Shown piece by piece: positions 42,694-53,043 of a stretch of 64,000 nt of DNA (positions are counted from its first letter, which is position 1; each line of letters starts with the position of its first letter). This DNA comes from Nitrosopumilaceae archaeon (lineage in GTDB: Archaea > Thermoproteota > Nitrososphaeria > Nitrososphaerales > Nitrosopumilaceae), in contig OZ242376.1 in assembly GCA_965209085.1 (NCBI GenBank), positions 1,472,001 to 1,536,000 of the forward strand. Direction: 5' to 3'. A model generated the notes under the pieces. That model worked only from the letters and a program-made list of their open reading frames with translations, did no database searches and was not told where the DNA came from. The position numbers and the translations under genes are program-made.

Positions 42694-42860
42694 ATACACG
42701 TATGCGCCCTGTAGGTATATTTGCATTAGGATCGTTTTGTGAGGTTATCTTGCACGTATTGGAACATATCCTAATATCATGAAGACCAACTGATGAGTTG
42801 GTCTTGAATGATTCAAGTGTACATGGTTAGATTTGAATCAATTCATGGATCGTACAGTCA

Positions 42861-42965
42861 AATATTGCAGTGGCAGATTTATAATCAGCGGTTAAATATG
42901 ATGTGAAAATACTGCAGTAGCAGATTTATAATCAGCGGTTAAACATTGGATATGAAAATACTGCA
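42861..42965 (+). repeat. Tandem duplication (47-49 bp) of the glycosyltransferase promoter region
   Basis: AATAyTGCAGTrGCAGATTTATAATCAGCGGTTAAA at 42861 and 42908, each with a TTTATAA TATA-like box. Confidence 0.8.
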
Positions 42966-43761
42966 TATTTGGGACATTGCTAGTGTTGCATACGTATTGG
43001 CAAAATACCAGCGCAGAGACGGCCATCATGTCAAAGTGTATATGAGAAAAATAATGGATCGCTTTGAATTTGGTAAATTTTATAACGAAGAACAAGTTAC
43101 ATGTGGCGTCTTTAGATTTGTGGTAAATAGTATTTTCATGGCAAGACATTATGATGTAATTCACGTACATAGCATATGGAAAGCTGTTCCGTTGATTAAA
43201 ATTCTTTTCAGAAAAAAGGTAATACTTCATTATCACGGTATGGAGTTAATTTCCAAGCATAGATTAAAGCGCTGGATCGGAGAAAAATTTGCTGATGCTG
43301 TTATTGTTTCTACACCGGATTTATTACAGTATTCTACGGCTATTCGGTCATCATATATTCCCAATCCCGTGGATATAGAACATTTTGATATTAAAAAAAT
43401 TGGCAATGTTGAAAAAAACAATTCCAATTTACAAATTGATCAAGCATTTCGTGGAAAAAACATTGTGCCAGAGTTCTTAAAAAGTAATGGCATTGATTTG
43501 GACATAACTTCTGTAGATTATAAATCTAGAAATATCAAATATCGCGACATGCCAAAATATTTGGCACAATATTCGGGCTTTATTGACATATTCATATTTG
43601 ATGGGGTTTTACAGCATGTTAATTCACTTACAGGGTTGCAGGCAATGGCAATGAATGTACCCGTGTTATGTTATGATCTAAAATGGAAGAGTGCATTTTT
43701 GGAAAACCATACCCCAAATCAGGTTTTGGCCGCATGGTATAAAATCTATAATTCAAAGTGA
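42952..43761 (+). CDS. GT-B (GT4-like) glycosyltransferase
   Basis: MKILHI start, YDVIHVHS, ILHYHG, IPNPVD, GLQAMAMNVPV; AT-rich. Confidence 0.8.
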   Translation: MKILHIWDIASVAYVLAKYQRRDGHHVKVYMRKIMDRFEFGKFYNEEQVTCGVFRFVVNSIFMARHYDVIHVHSIWKAVPLIKILFRKKVILHYHGMELISKHRLKRWIGEKFADAVIVSTPDLLQYSTAIRSSYIPNPVDIEHFDIKKIGNVEKNNSNLQIDQAFRGKNIVPEFLKSNGIDLDITSVDYKSRNIKYRDMPKYLAQYSGFIDIFIFDGVLQHVNSLTGLQAMAMNVPVLCYDLKWKSAFLENHTPNQVLAAWYKIYNSK

Positions 43762-43872
43762 TCGCATACGTACTGGCGGCAAATGTTCAATTCAAAGCAG
43801 CATTCATTCCCAGCATCCTAAACGTGAGAAATTACGATTATTTGACATTCAGATCGCATGATTCAGAAAAGG

Positions 43873-44799
43873 TCAGGTGTTGTGCAATCCATCCAGTGTC
43901 TGGCATACTGAACATATTGTACTAGTACACATGCTGCCGCATTTTTGGCACGGTGATTTTTGTTTTCCCTGCGGGCTCATCTGGGATGATATTTTCAGGG
44001 CCGACATGTACAGGTTGTTTTTTATTCCGCTGTGGGAATTTTCCATGGAATTTAAAAAATTTCGTATCTGTGTTCTTATTCCCTCATCCATGTGCGGACA
44101 TGGTTCTGTCTGGAACGGAATTTTATTTGCAAATGCGTAAAATACAATCTCCTGCTCGTATATCTGGCAAAACGGCTTTATTCTGTTTGAATTTGCAGAT
44201 CCCGGATCCTGCCAGATAATTCTTTCAGTATCACCGGATATTAGATTTATCAAAAACGTCTGAACTGCATCATCTAGATTGTGCGCTGTAGCTACCACGT
44301 CCGCATTCATATCCTCAGAGGCGGCATCAAGTGCACGGCGTCTTAATGTGCCGCATATCGCACACGAGCTAGTTTTCTTGCCGTTTCTTAATTTTAGTGC
44401 CTCATCAAGGCTCACATCAAAGAGATCAGAGTATGAATACACTTTATGTTTTACATCAAGTTTCATACAGTATTGTTTCACGATCTCAAGCGCTTCGTTT
44501 CTATATCCTGGTATTCCCTCATCAATGGTTGCCGCCTCTATTTTGAAGTGATGCGTCTTTGACATTTTATCCAATATGTAAAGCAGTGCAAGAGAATCCT
44601 TGCCGCCTGAGACTCCGATGCACACTTTATGGCCGTATTTAATCATGTCATATTTTGATATGGTTTTTGCAGTTTTCCTCAGGATGGACTGTGAGAAACA
44701 TTCAGAGCATAAAGATTCTCCTGAATATTTTCTAGAGTATGCACTCTGGTTGTCACATCGGTTGCATTTGAGTGCGGCTTTATTTTCGTGTACGCTCAT
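43873..44799 (-). CDS. tRNA 2-thiolation protein (NcsA/Ctu1/TtuA family)
   Basis: N- and C-terminal CxxC zinc motifs, PP-loop SGGKDS, CAICGTLRR, ATAHNLDD, CPH. Confidence 0.88.
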   Translation of the reverse strand: MSVHENKAALKCNRCDNQSAYSRKYSGESLCSECFSQSILRKTAKTISKYDMIKYGHKVCIGVSGGKDSLALLYILDKMSKTHHFKIEAATIDEGIPGYRNEALEIVKQYCMKLDVKHKVYSYSDLFDVSLDEALKLRNGKKTSSCAICGTLRRRALDAASEDMNADVVATAHNLDDAVQTFLINLISGDTERIIWQDPGSANSNRIKPFCQIYEQEIVFYAFANKIPFQTEPCPHMDEGIRTQIRNFLNSMENSHSGIKNNLYMSALKISSQMSPQGKQKSPCQKCGSMCTSTICSVCQTLDGLHNT

Positions 44800-44809
44800 A
44801 ATACAGCGC

Positions 44810-46060
44810 CTAGATGGTAAACCAGCCAGATTTGATGTATGACAATGCAATGTTCATGCCAAATAGTACAAATGTTACAGCGTAAATCATCCACATTGCA
44901 GTATTGAGTGATTTTTCAGAAAGTCTCCCCTCTAGAAGAATTTGTATAAATTTGCCTCCGTCAAGTATCGGCAGGGGGAGCATGTTGATTATTCCTATAA
45001 AGAATGAGATCATCCACAGCCATAAAAGAAACAGTGAGAGGCCATGGTGGTTCCATTCTATAAAATCCAATACGGGTGTAAATGCCACATTATCCCTAGT
45101 TATGCCAACTAGTCCCCTGCCATCCTCATCGGGGGACTCTAGTATGTCCACTTTGAATGAAAACTCGGAATTTGTTCTTTGAATTGTAACGCTTGCAGTA
45201 TCGTTTGGAGCTAGTGCTATCTGCTGCATGTCCATGGCATTTTTGATCGGTATGCCGTTTATTTCCACAATCAAGTCACCGACTTTTATTCCCGCAGATT
45301 CGGCACCAAATCCGTCCAATACTGACAGCACCATAACTCCGTCCGGTGATTCGTAAAAAACTCCGCGTATTGGATCCGGAAGTATTATGGCAAACAGCGG
45401 ATTTGTCAGCAATAGTGCGCCAAGTGCAAATGCAAATATGACGTTTGCCGTGGCACCGGCTCCTATCACCCGCAGTTTTGATATTTTTTTTGCATTATCA
45501 AATTCTTTCTCGTCAGGCTCTACAAATCCGGCAAACATTGCGATAAATACTGCAAAACCTCCGGTCTTTATTTTGATCCGCTCAAGGGTTGCAACTATGC
45601 CGTGCGCCCCCTCGTGTATAATTAGCACTATGGGTATTGACAGCAGAAAATTGAGTATTGCAGATGATGATGTAAGGGTCACTCCAGGTATTAGAATGGT
45701 AACCTCTGCAAAGTCTGCAGGCCGTACAAAGTATGCAGATATGTTGGATATTAGAAACCAAAATGCAAATCCCATCATGAGAAATCCGGCTATGACACTC
45801 ACATTTGCAAAAACTCGGATTCCCCTCCTAGTACGGGTCAGAATTTTGTCAAGTACACCTTGCACGCTGGTATTTTTGTATACAAGACTGTACGGTTTTA
45901 GCTCAAAACCGTGGTTTTGCAGTTTTAGAGCCTTTGCTGTAACTATGGTAACCACCCATACAATCAAGACGTAGATTATCGGGTTATCTTTGAGTATCTC
46001 AAGGGGCAATATGTGGTTTTTAGATACAACGCATTTATTCTTTGGGAAAACCGCATCCAA
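44810..46060 (-). CDS. Site-2 protease (M50) with PDZ domain
   Basis: HEGAH zinc motif, GFVEPDE, NMLPLPILDGG, PDZ GIKVGDLIVEING; true start probably near 46004. Confidence 0.92.
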   Translation of the reverse strand: MDAVFPKNKCVVSKNHILPLEILKDNPIIYVLIVWVVTIVTAKALKLQNHGFELKPYSLVYKNTSVQGVLDKILTRTRRGIRVFANVSVIAGFLMMGFAFWFLISNISAYFVRPADFAEVTILIPGVTLTSSSAILNFLLSIPIVLIIHEGAHGIVATLERIKIKTGGFAVFIAMFAGFVEPDEKEFDNAKKISKLRVIGAGATANVIFAFALGALLLTNPLFAIILPDPIRGVFYESPDGVMVLSVLDGFGAESAGIKVGDLIVEINGIPIKNAMDMQQIALAPNDTASVTIQRTNSEFSFKVDILESPDEDGRGLVGITRDNVAFTPVLDFIEWNHHGLSLFLLWLWMISFFIGIINMLPLPILDGGKFIQILLEGRLSEKSLNTAMWMIYAVTFVLFGMNIALSYIKSGWFTI

Positions 46061-46140
46061 GACCTGCGTTCTATATGATCCAAGTTTTTAATATAAAATA
46101 GGATTGGTACAATTATAGGCAGCTGTATGATCACGCTCGC

Positions 46141-46482
46141 ATGAAATCCACAAAAAAACCCCATGCTATGGCAAAACCTGCGGTTTTCATTTCCACATAT
46201 CCTACAAAAAAATCCGCAACAAATGCCGCAAAGCAGGCAGTCAGACTGAAATTGGCAGCCTGCGTCAATACTGTACGGATATCCTCAGTATATGCATGGA
46301 AAGGCAGAATTGAGAACGGATCAGAATATCTGTCATTTTTTAAAACAACGATGAAAAATAAAAACAAACTAGAGGATCACATACGCAGCACTCATCCTTA
46401 TGAAATTCCAGAAATTGCAAGAATTGACATGGCATCGGTAAACACCCCATACATGAAATGGATAATTGATTCAGTACTCTAG
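46141..46482 (+). CDS. cutA: Divalent cation tolerance protein CutA
   Basis: KLAACVN, SVYAWKG, HPYEIPEI. Confidence 0.92.
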   Translation: MKSTKKPHAMAKPAVFISTYPTKKSATNAAKQAVRLKLAACVNTVRISSVYAWKGRIENGSEYLSFFKTTMKNKNKLEDHIRSTHPYEIPEIARIDMASVNTPYMKWIIDSVL

Positions 46483-47520
46483 CTGTATCGGATAACGCAG
46501 CAAAGCCACTATTCCTCCAAGACCTTGCACACGCAATCCAATATCCGTAGTAGAGTCAACTGCAATTGTATGCGCACCTTTTGATTCAGCATCGTTGAGC
46601 AGTTTTATGGCGCGCTCCTCATCTCCTGCCACCAGTCCGTCTGAAAATATTATCGTCTCAACAGCTCCCATGATGCACGCGTTGGAAACATCATCCAATC
46701 CCATTGCAAACTTTGAGCTTTTTGTACCTGCCAGATACATTATACGTTCCACCGTACTTGATGCCAATGCAAGCTTGCTCTTGGACATTATTTCCCGCAT
46801 AACCTCGGATTTTGTAAATACGTATATTCCATCCTCGCCTCCGGCATCAATTCCCTCCGCAAGCATGCACGATAGTCCGGCTTTTTGCATATGGTTTACA
46901 ACCCTGTTTTTGGTCAGCCCCGGACCAAAGACTATGATTTGATCCCCGTTTTTAGCCATCGGTCCGACCGTATCGGCAATGTCCTTGTAGAATTTGTCCA
47001 TGTTTACACTAGCGTTTTTGTATCTTTTGCCGCTTGCTCCAGAGTAAATATTGGGCAAAATTTCAAGTCGGGTTCCCTTTATTTTGCCAATTCCACATTC
47101 GGAAGTATCTATTGCGACTAGTACAAAACCTCCAGAGATGGAATGTTTTTTCAATAGATTTTTTTCCACACTTTTCCATCCAGCGTTTTTTGTGATTGTT
47201 ATGGCATCCTCAATTTTTATTTGCATTGAATGATGGGAACCGTGCACCACTGATTCGTTGTCAGATTCAACTATCGTTCCGGTCACTCTTAGACGGTTAA
47301 GTGATCCATCCAACGTGATTTTCTTGGATTCAAGGGATATTCTTATTCTGATGCGCTGTCCTTTTTCCGGTCTAATGCTCTCTCTTTCTTTTTTTATTTC
47401 CCTGCTCGTACTACCGGCAATACGATCGCCTACGGATATTGCTCTACGCAGTGCAACCATGTCGTCAGGTTCCTCAGCTTTGACGGATATTGAATTCCCG
47501 TCGATGGTTTTTACGATCAT
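46471..47520 (-). CDS. pelA: Pelota / Dom34 ribosome rescue factor
   Basis: eRF1-like domains: EEPDDM, RLRVTGTI, GSHHS, GPGLTK, LGGIVALLRYPI. Confidence 0.92.
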   Translation of the reverse strand: MIVKTIDGNSISVKAEEPDDMVALRRAISVGDRIAGSTSREIKKERESIRPEKGQRIRIRISLESKKITLDGSLNRLRVTGTIVESDNESVVHGSHHSMQIKIEDAITITKNAGWKSVEKNLLKKHSISGGFVLVAIDTSECGIGKIKGTRLEILPNIYSGASGKRYKNASVNMDKFYKDIADTVGPMAKNGDQIIVFGPGLTKNRVVNHMQKAGLSCMLAEGIDAGGEDGIYVFTKSEVMREIMSKSKLALASSTVERIMYLAGTKSSKFAMGLDDVSNACIMGAVETIIFSDGLVAGDEERAIKLLNDAESKGAHTIAVDSTTDIGLRVQGLGGIVALLRYPIQLEY

Positions 47521-47526
47521 GTGCTC

Positions 47527-47970
47527 TTAAACTGCCGGAGGATTTGTCTGATCGTTTTGTTGTGATTTTTCACGCACGTAATCTTCCACCCATTTGAGGG
47601 TAATTACTCTAGCAGCTGCCATGTTTGAAAGAGAGTTTGAAGAGGCCTCGCCTGTAACCTTGCCTTCGTATTTTTGCGTCTGTCTCCATTTTAGAGTCGT
47701 GTTTCCGCTCTTTGAGTTATATATTACGCCTAGCACGTTTCTAGCGTTTACAAAAGTAACATCCCTGAGTTTTTTCAGCGTTTGTTTGTCAGCAGCTTCT
47801 ACGTATATGGATCCCAAATCGGCTTCTCTTTCGGCAAATATCTCATAGTCGCTCATATAGCTCTCAGGTATGTACGAGCTGCATGTACTCTCTATGATGA
47901 ATCTGCGAAAACTCTCAAGTGAGCACTGCGTATCTATGGCTGCCATGTGTGAGATATGAAATGCAGTCAT
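47527..47970 (-). CDS. Hypothetical protein
   Basis: ORF co-oriented with pelota and 6 bp from its start; natural composition. Confidence 0.7.
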   Translation of the reverse strand: MTAFHISHMAAIDTQCSLESFRRFIIESTCSSYIPESYMSDYEIFAEREADLGSIYVEAADKQTLKKLRDVTFVNARNVLGVIYNSKSGNTTLKWRQTQKYEGKVTGEASSNSLSNMAAARVITLKWVEDYVREKSQQNDQTNPPAV

Positions 47971-48008
47971 TTATCAACCTTGAGCAAAGAGATGTTGTGT
48001 GCATGTGC

Positions 48009-48980
48009 CTATCTGTGCCTTGCTAGTATGGCTATCTGAAGGGCCACTATAATGCCGATAGATGCCACCACCGGAAACAGCAGAGAATTTAGCTGTATGG
48101 ATGCCTCTTCAATATTACCTACAGATGATGTAATGGAACCCACGCTTGATTCTATTTTTGTGTCGGCGTTTTCTAGTGTAGCGCCGAATTTTGAAACTTC
48201 TTGTTTTAATCTGTCAAGCTCTGTTGCAGTATCATCCAAAATTGCATCAAGTGCCACTATCTGATCTGATATTCCCCCGATATCCTGATCCAAAACTACC
48301 GTAGCTGCAGAACCGTGCGATACTGTACCTTCATAAAACATTACTGCGTGAAATACGTACGTTCCAAGAGTTTTTGGCACATAGTCGATGTAATACAGTC
48401 CCCTGTGCAGTGAAATAAAATCTGTAGAAACATCATCCACCGTACCTTCCGGTAAATGTACGTGCGTGGTGGAGAGAAGATCCTTTGGATCATCCCCAAT
48501 AAGGAGTCCGTCGCTGGTAGTCTGAACAAACAGACGGATGGGAGAATCCACGGCGGCCGATTCTGGTGCATAAACTAGCGCATTAGCATCCCTTGAAATT
48601 ATAATATCATCATTCCCGTCGGGTCCAAAGCGCACGTCAATGGTTCCTAGTATTCCCTCGTTTGTAGTGCTGAGAATTTCAATCGAATATGTGCCGTATG
48701 GAAATGTTGTGGACGGCTCAGACCACGTCATCAGTATGTGGGTGAATACGCCGTCTGCATCAGCGGATATTTGTTCAAATCCTTTTATCGTGCCATCTGG
48801 TGCAAACAGTCGGAGTATCAGAGGATCGTTCTCAGATACGGTTCCATATACTAAGAGAGGATCTCCTGGCGAGTATACAGTGTTGTCCGTGTGAAAAACC
48901 ACGTTTTGTGCAAAGATGTATTCTGTAGGCAGTGCAATTAACGCAAATGTGGCTATTATTAGCACATATGTTATCTTCAA
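48009..48980 (-). CDS. Secreted/membrane-anchored protein with coiled coil and C-terminal TM helix
   Basis: Signal peptide, Ig-like beta segments, heptad region, C-terminal hydrophobic helix followed by RHR. Confidence 0.75.
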   Translation of the reverse strand: MKITYVLIIATFALIALPTEYIFAQNVVFHTDNTVYSPGDPLLVYGTVSENDPLILRLFAPDGTIKGFEQISADADGVFTHILMTWSEPSTTFPYGTYSIEILSTTNEGILGTIDVRFGPDGNDDIIISRDANALVYAPESAAVDSPIRLFVQTTSDGLLIGDDPKDLLSTTHVHLPEGTVDDVSTDFISLHRGLYYIDYVPKTLGTYVFHAVMFYEGTVSHGSAATVVLDQDIGGISDQIVALDAILDDTATELDRLKQEVSKFGATLENADTKIESSVGSITSSVGNIEEASIQLNSLLFPVVASIGIIVALQIAILARHR

Positions 48981-49070
48981 TTGACATGTAATCTGCCGTT
49001 TATGTTATATTGTTTGTGCATCATGATACCGTATGAGAGTATGCACATTCATGGGCGATATGGGGATAAA

Positions 49071-50003
49071 ATGCCTGTAAAAATTGCCCAGATTGGTGTG
49101 GGCGGATGGGGTAAAAATCACGCCCGCGTACTCGCGGAAATGGGTGCGCTAAGTGCCATATGTGACGGAAATGCAGAAAGGTGCAAAGAGTTTTCTTCCA
49201 AATATTCGGTTCCCGCGTACGAGACCGTGGATGAGCTGTTAAAATCAGAGGACTTTGATGCGGCGTTTGTCTGCACTCCAACTTTTACGCACATGGACGT
49301 TGCTTCGCGCATGATCGAGGCAAAAAAGCATGTTTTTGTGGAAAAACCCATGACGTACGACGTCTCTGAGGGGACAAAGCTTGCAGAGATGGCAAAGAAA
49401 AATAATATTCTGCTTACGTGCGGATACATTGAGAGATTCAATCCCGGCGTATCAACGGTAAAGAAAATAATACACGATAAAAAATATGGTGAGCCGCTTG
49501 TATTTAGTTTTAGGCGCAAAAACCGCATGCCGCTGCACATAATGGATGTGGGAATAATTTACGACACATCAGTGCATGACATTGATACTGCGATGTGGCT
49601 TTTTGGTGAAGAACCCGAAGTTGTATACGCTAGGGCGGGAAGTATACGCCACAAATATGAGGATTTTGCATCCATAATGTTGGGGTTTTCTAAAAACAGA
49701 GTGGCCGTAATTTCATCCAATTGGCTTACCCCTCTTAGAGTAAGGGAATTTGAGGGAGTCTGCTCTGATGCTGTAATATCTTTGGATTTTATAACACAAG
49801 AGGTAAAGATTAGCGGAGAGGAGACAATAATCATACCTGTGGAAAAGAAAGAGCCGCTTTCACTTGAGATACAAAGTTTTATCGGAGCAATTAATGGGGA
49901 AAATGATCTAGTTGTAACGCCAAAGCAGGCGGTAAATGTCACAAAAATAGCCAAAGCTGCACTGCTTTCAAGTCAAAAGGGCACGCCAATATATCTAGAA
50001 TAA
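49071..50003 (+). CDS. Gfo/Idh/MocA family oxidoreductase
   Basis: IGVGGWGKNHAR, VCTPTFTH, HVFVEKPM, GYIERFNP, DTSVHDID. Confidence 0.92.
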   Translation: MPVKIAQIGVGGWGKNHARVLAEMGALSAICDGNAERCKEFSSKYSVPAYETVDELLKSEDFDAAFVCTPTFTHMDVASRMIEAKKHVFVEKPMTYDVSEGTKLAEMAKKNNILLTCGYIERFNPGVSTVKKIIHDKKYGEPLVFSFRRKNRMPLHIMDVGIIYDTSVHDIDTAMWLFGEEPEVVYARAGSIRHKYEDFASIMLGFSKNRVAVISSNWLTPLRVREFEGVCSDAVISLDFITQEVKISGEETIIIPVEKKEPLSLEIQSFIGAINGENDLVVTPKQAVNVTKIAKAALLSSQKGTPIYLE

Positions 50004-50022
50004 ATAATATTATTTGTTACAG

Positions 50023-50260
50023 TCATAATTCTGATGCGGCAATATTGGAGGATCGGACATGGCCTCCTGCCGCAACAGATTTCACTATAAAAGAGCCTGC
50101 ATCGACAATTGCACATTTGCCAACAGTTACGCCGGGCATTATTGAAACTCTTGCGCCTATTTGTACACCATCTATAACATATACGGTCAAGATTGCAATG
50201 TTCATGTTGCTTTCTAAATTTGAGAATATTTCAAAGATACCATGTTTTCTCGTAAAGATG
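50023..50260 (-). pseudogene. C-terminal remnant of a hexapeptide acyltransferase (paralog of the neighbouring gene)
   Basis: IGARVSIMPGVTVGKCAIVDAGSFIVKSV...RSSNIAA aligns with IGIRVTTIPGIVIGKYAVIDAGSIITKNV...RSDNIAA. Confidence 0.7.
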
Positions 50261-50379
50261 CAGATCTATTCATGATTTTTGTTTAATACATCCTGCATTG
50301 AGAAAGCCAAAACTAGATAATTTTAAAATCTCATTTTCGGTTGAATCATCGATTCAAAAAAATGTATTATGAACCAGTA

Positions 50380-50961
50380 TTATTTTTCTGTGGTAATTTC
50401 AGTGTCTATGCTAGTTGCAGCTATGTTATCTGAACGCATATGTGCACCTTGAGGAACATTTTTTGTTATAATTGAACCAGCATCAATTACAGCATATTTT
50501 CCAATTACTATACCTGGGATGGTAGTTACTCTTATGCCAATTTTCACATTATCTTCGATAACAGTATTTACTCTTGGCATATTTGTAGAATTTGGATAAC
50601 CAAATTTTGCATGTTTTTCTCCAATATTCTTGGTGTTTGAATTTACAAAAAATGCACCTATGAAGCAATTATTGCCAATAGTTATTCCAACTGTGAGATG
50701 GCATTGTGCATAAATGGTTGTCCAATTTCCTATTTTTACATTACCTTCTGAGAGTGATAGTGTTCCAAATATACTATGATTGCCAATTGAGGTATGAGAT
50801 TTTATTACTGCCGAAGTTCCAATAATACAATCGTTGCCAATATCAACATCTGGGTAAATTATTATATTTGGTTCAAGTATTGTTCCTTTGCCTATTTTTA
50901 TTCTATTTTTAGGATCATGATAAGGTTCGTCGAGTTTTTGTCTTGTTTGTGTCATATACAT
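50380..50961 (-). CDS. Hexapeptide-repeat (left-handed beta-helix) acetyltransferase
   Basis: Repeated IG.....I motifs (KIGKGTIL, DIGNDCII, SIGNHSIF, TIGNNCFI); AT-rich. Confidence 0.88.
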   Translation of the reverse strand: MYMTQTRQKLDEPYHDPKNRIKIGKGTILEPNIIIYPDVDIGNDCIIGTSAVIKSHTSIGNHSIFGTLSLSEGNVKIGNWTTIYAQCHLTVGITIGNNCFIGAFFVNSNTKNIGEKHAKFGYPNSTNMPRVNTVIEDNVKIGIRVTTIPGIVIGKYAVIDAGSIITKNVPQGAHMRSDNIAATSIDTEITTEK

Positions 50962-51098
50962 AATTAATCTGTTAATTAGTATAATTATTAAGTTTTACAA
51001 AAATCAAAAAATCATTCTGTAGTTAAAAATTGGATAAAATCACTTCCAAATCTGTATGACAGATATCCGTATACGGTACTATATGTTGCTAGGTTTTA

Positions 51099-53027
51099 AT
51101 GATACCATATTTTTATCCGTGTGTGGACAGTTGTGACTATAGCTCCATTGGTCTCAAGGTGGGACTTGAGATACACCAGCAGCTTGCAACCAATAGGAAG
51201 CTTTTTTGCAAATGCAGTCAGATTGAAACTGACGATTATGATGGCTCATTTTCACGAAAGCTGCGTATTACAAAAAGTGAGCTTGGAAAATACGATCCGG
51301 CCGCCATATTTGAACACGGCAAGGGGAAAAAGATGGTATATTTTGCAAGCCATAAAAACAGCTGTCTAGTAGAACAGGATGAAGAACCACCGCACGATGT
51401 GGATGAGGAGGCAAAGAAAACTGTACTAATTGTATCTGCGGCGTTAAAATCAAACGTCTTTGCGGAAATTTTTCCCATGCGCAAAATGGTGATTGATGGT
51501 TCAAACACATCTGGATTTCAAAGAACCATGCTTGTATCGCAGGGCGGAGAATTTACCGCTTTTGGCCATACTGTTGGAGTACAGGCAATATGTCTAGAAG
51601 AGGATGCTGCAAAAAACATCGGACGTGAGAATGGCATCCGCAAATATGATCTTGGAAGACTTGGCATACCACTAATTGAGATCGCGCTAGCGCCAACAAG
51701 CGTCAAACCCCACGAAGTACGCAAGATAGCGCTTTATCTTGGAAGAATGCTCCGGTCCACGCGCAGAGTGTCAAGAGGTCTTGGTACAATACGGCAGGAT
51801 GTGAATGTTTCAACAAGAGACGGACCGGTGGTGGAAGTAAAAGGCGTACAACAGTTAGAACAGCTTGAGAAAACCATAGAATACGAGGCTGCCCGTCAGG
51901 ACGGACTGTACAAGATCGCCGAGAAACTCTCAAAATCCAAATGCGCACCTGTAAAAGAAAACGCAACGGATGTTACAGAGCAAATGTTGAATTGTCCCTC
52001 AAAGATTGTTCAAAAAATGCTGCAAAATGGTGACAGAATAATGGCCATAAAATTTCCCAAATATGCCGGCATGTTCGGGTACAGTCCGTACGAGGGGGTA
52101 AGATTGGGGGCAGAAATTGCCCAAAGAGTCAAAACGTACGGATTGGGCGGTGTTTTTCATTCAGATGAGCTGCCAAACTACGGCATAGAGCAAAAAGATG
52201 TAGATGTCATACTCTCTAGCATCGGCGCGGATGCTTTTGATGGATTCATTCTTGTGTCATTGCCGGAGTTAAAAAAAGACGTTATTGTCTCACAAATTGT
52301 AAAAAGAACAAACATGGCCTTTGATGGAGTGGTGGCAGAAACTAGACTCTCAATGCAGGATGGAAAAACTGTTTTTCTCCGTCCTCGTCCGGGATCATCT
52401 AGAATGTATCCTGAAACGGACATTGCATCCATCATCATTACTGATTCAGATATCCAAAATGCTAGAGATTGCATACCAAAACCCTGGGATGAAACACTAA
52501 AAGAATTTGGGGAAAAATACAACTTGAATTCGCAGCTTGCAGAACAAATATTTGATTCGGATTATTTTAAAATATTTGAAAAAATTTGCACACAATGCAC
52601 CAGTATATCGGCAAATTTTGTGGCATCGTCTTTATGTTCCACGATAACCAGCCTTCAAAGAAGCGGTATGGACGCATCAAATCTGGATTATGATGCAATA
52701 GAGGCGGTTTTTAAAATTCTTGATTCCGGAAAAATTTCAAAAGAATCAGTAGAGATCATATTCTCCGGAGTCATGACAGGAAAATATTCATCGGTACAAA
52801 ATGCGATTGAAGATATTGCATCAGAGAGCATCTCCAGTAAAGATGTTTCTGCAATGCTTGATGCAATACTTTCAGATAATGCATCCATTATAGACAGACA
52901 GGGAATGAGAGCCCTGAATCCTCTCATGGGAATTGCCATGAAAAAAATGCGCGGCAAGGCAAGCGGTGAGATGATAAATGAATTGTTAAATAAAAAACTA
53001 GAGTCAAAATGTAATAAAAAGAATTAA
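51099..53027 (+). CDS. gatE: Glu-tRNA(Gln) amidotransferase subunit E
   Basis: GLKVGLEIHQQL, DEEPPH, RKMVIDGSNTSGFQRT, GLGTIRQDVNVS, FHSDELPNYG, RPRPGSSRMYPETD; probable start GTG 51123. Confidence 0.96.
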   Translation: MIPYFYPCVDSCDYSSIGLKVGLEIHQQLATNRKLFCKCSQIETDDYDGSFSRKLRITKSELGKYDPAAIFEHGKGKKMVYFASHKNSCLVEQDEEPPHDVDEEAKKTVLIVSAALKSNVFAEIFPMRKMVIDGSNTSGFQRTMLVSQGGEFTAFGHTVGVQAICLEEDAAKNIGRENGIRKYDLGRLGIPLIEIALAPTSVKPHEVRKIALYLGRMLRSTRRVSRGLGTIRQDVNVSTRDGPVVEVKGVQQLEQLEKTIEYEAARQDGLYKIAEKLSKSKCAPVKENATDVTEQMLNCPSKIVQKMLQNGDRIMAIKFPKYAGMFGYSPYEGVRLGAEIAQRVKTYGLGGVFHSDELPNYGIEQKDVDVILSSIGADAFDGFILVSLPELKKDVIVSQIVKRTNMAFDGVVAETRLSMQDGKTVFLRPRPGSSRMYPETDIASIIITDSDIQNARDCIPKPWDETLKEFGEKYNLNSQLAEQIFDSDYFKIFEKICTQCTSISANFVASSLCSTITSLQRSGMDASNLDYDAIEAVFKILDSGKISKESVEIIFSGVMTGKYSSVQNAIEDIASESISSKDVSAMLDAILSDNASIIDRQGMRALNPLMGIAMKKMRGKASGEMINELLNKKLESKCNKKN

Positions 53028-53043
53028 TGTAACGGAAATAATA

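Noticed and set aside
42790-42796. CTGATGA as a hammerhead core or C box
   Set aside because: It is locked in a perfect hairpin; no matching GAAA core or partner D box nearby.
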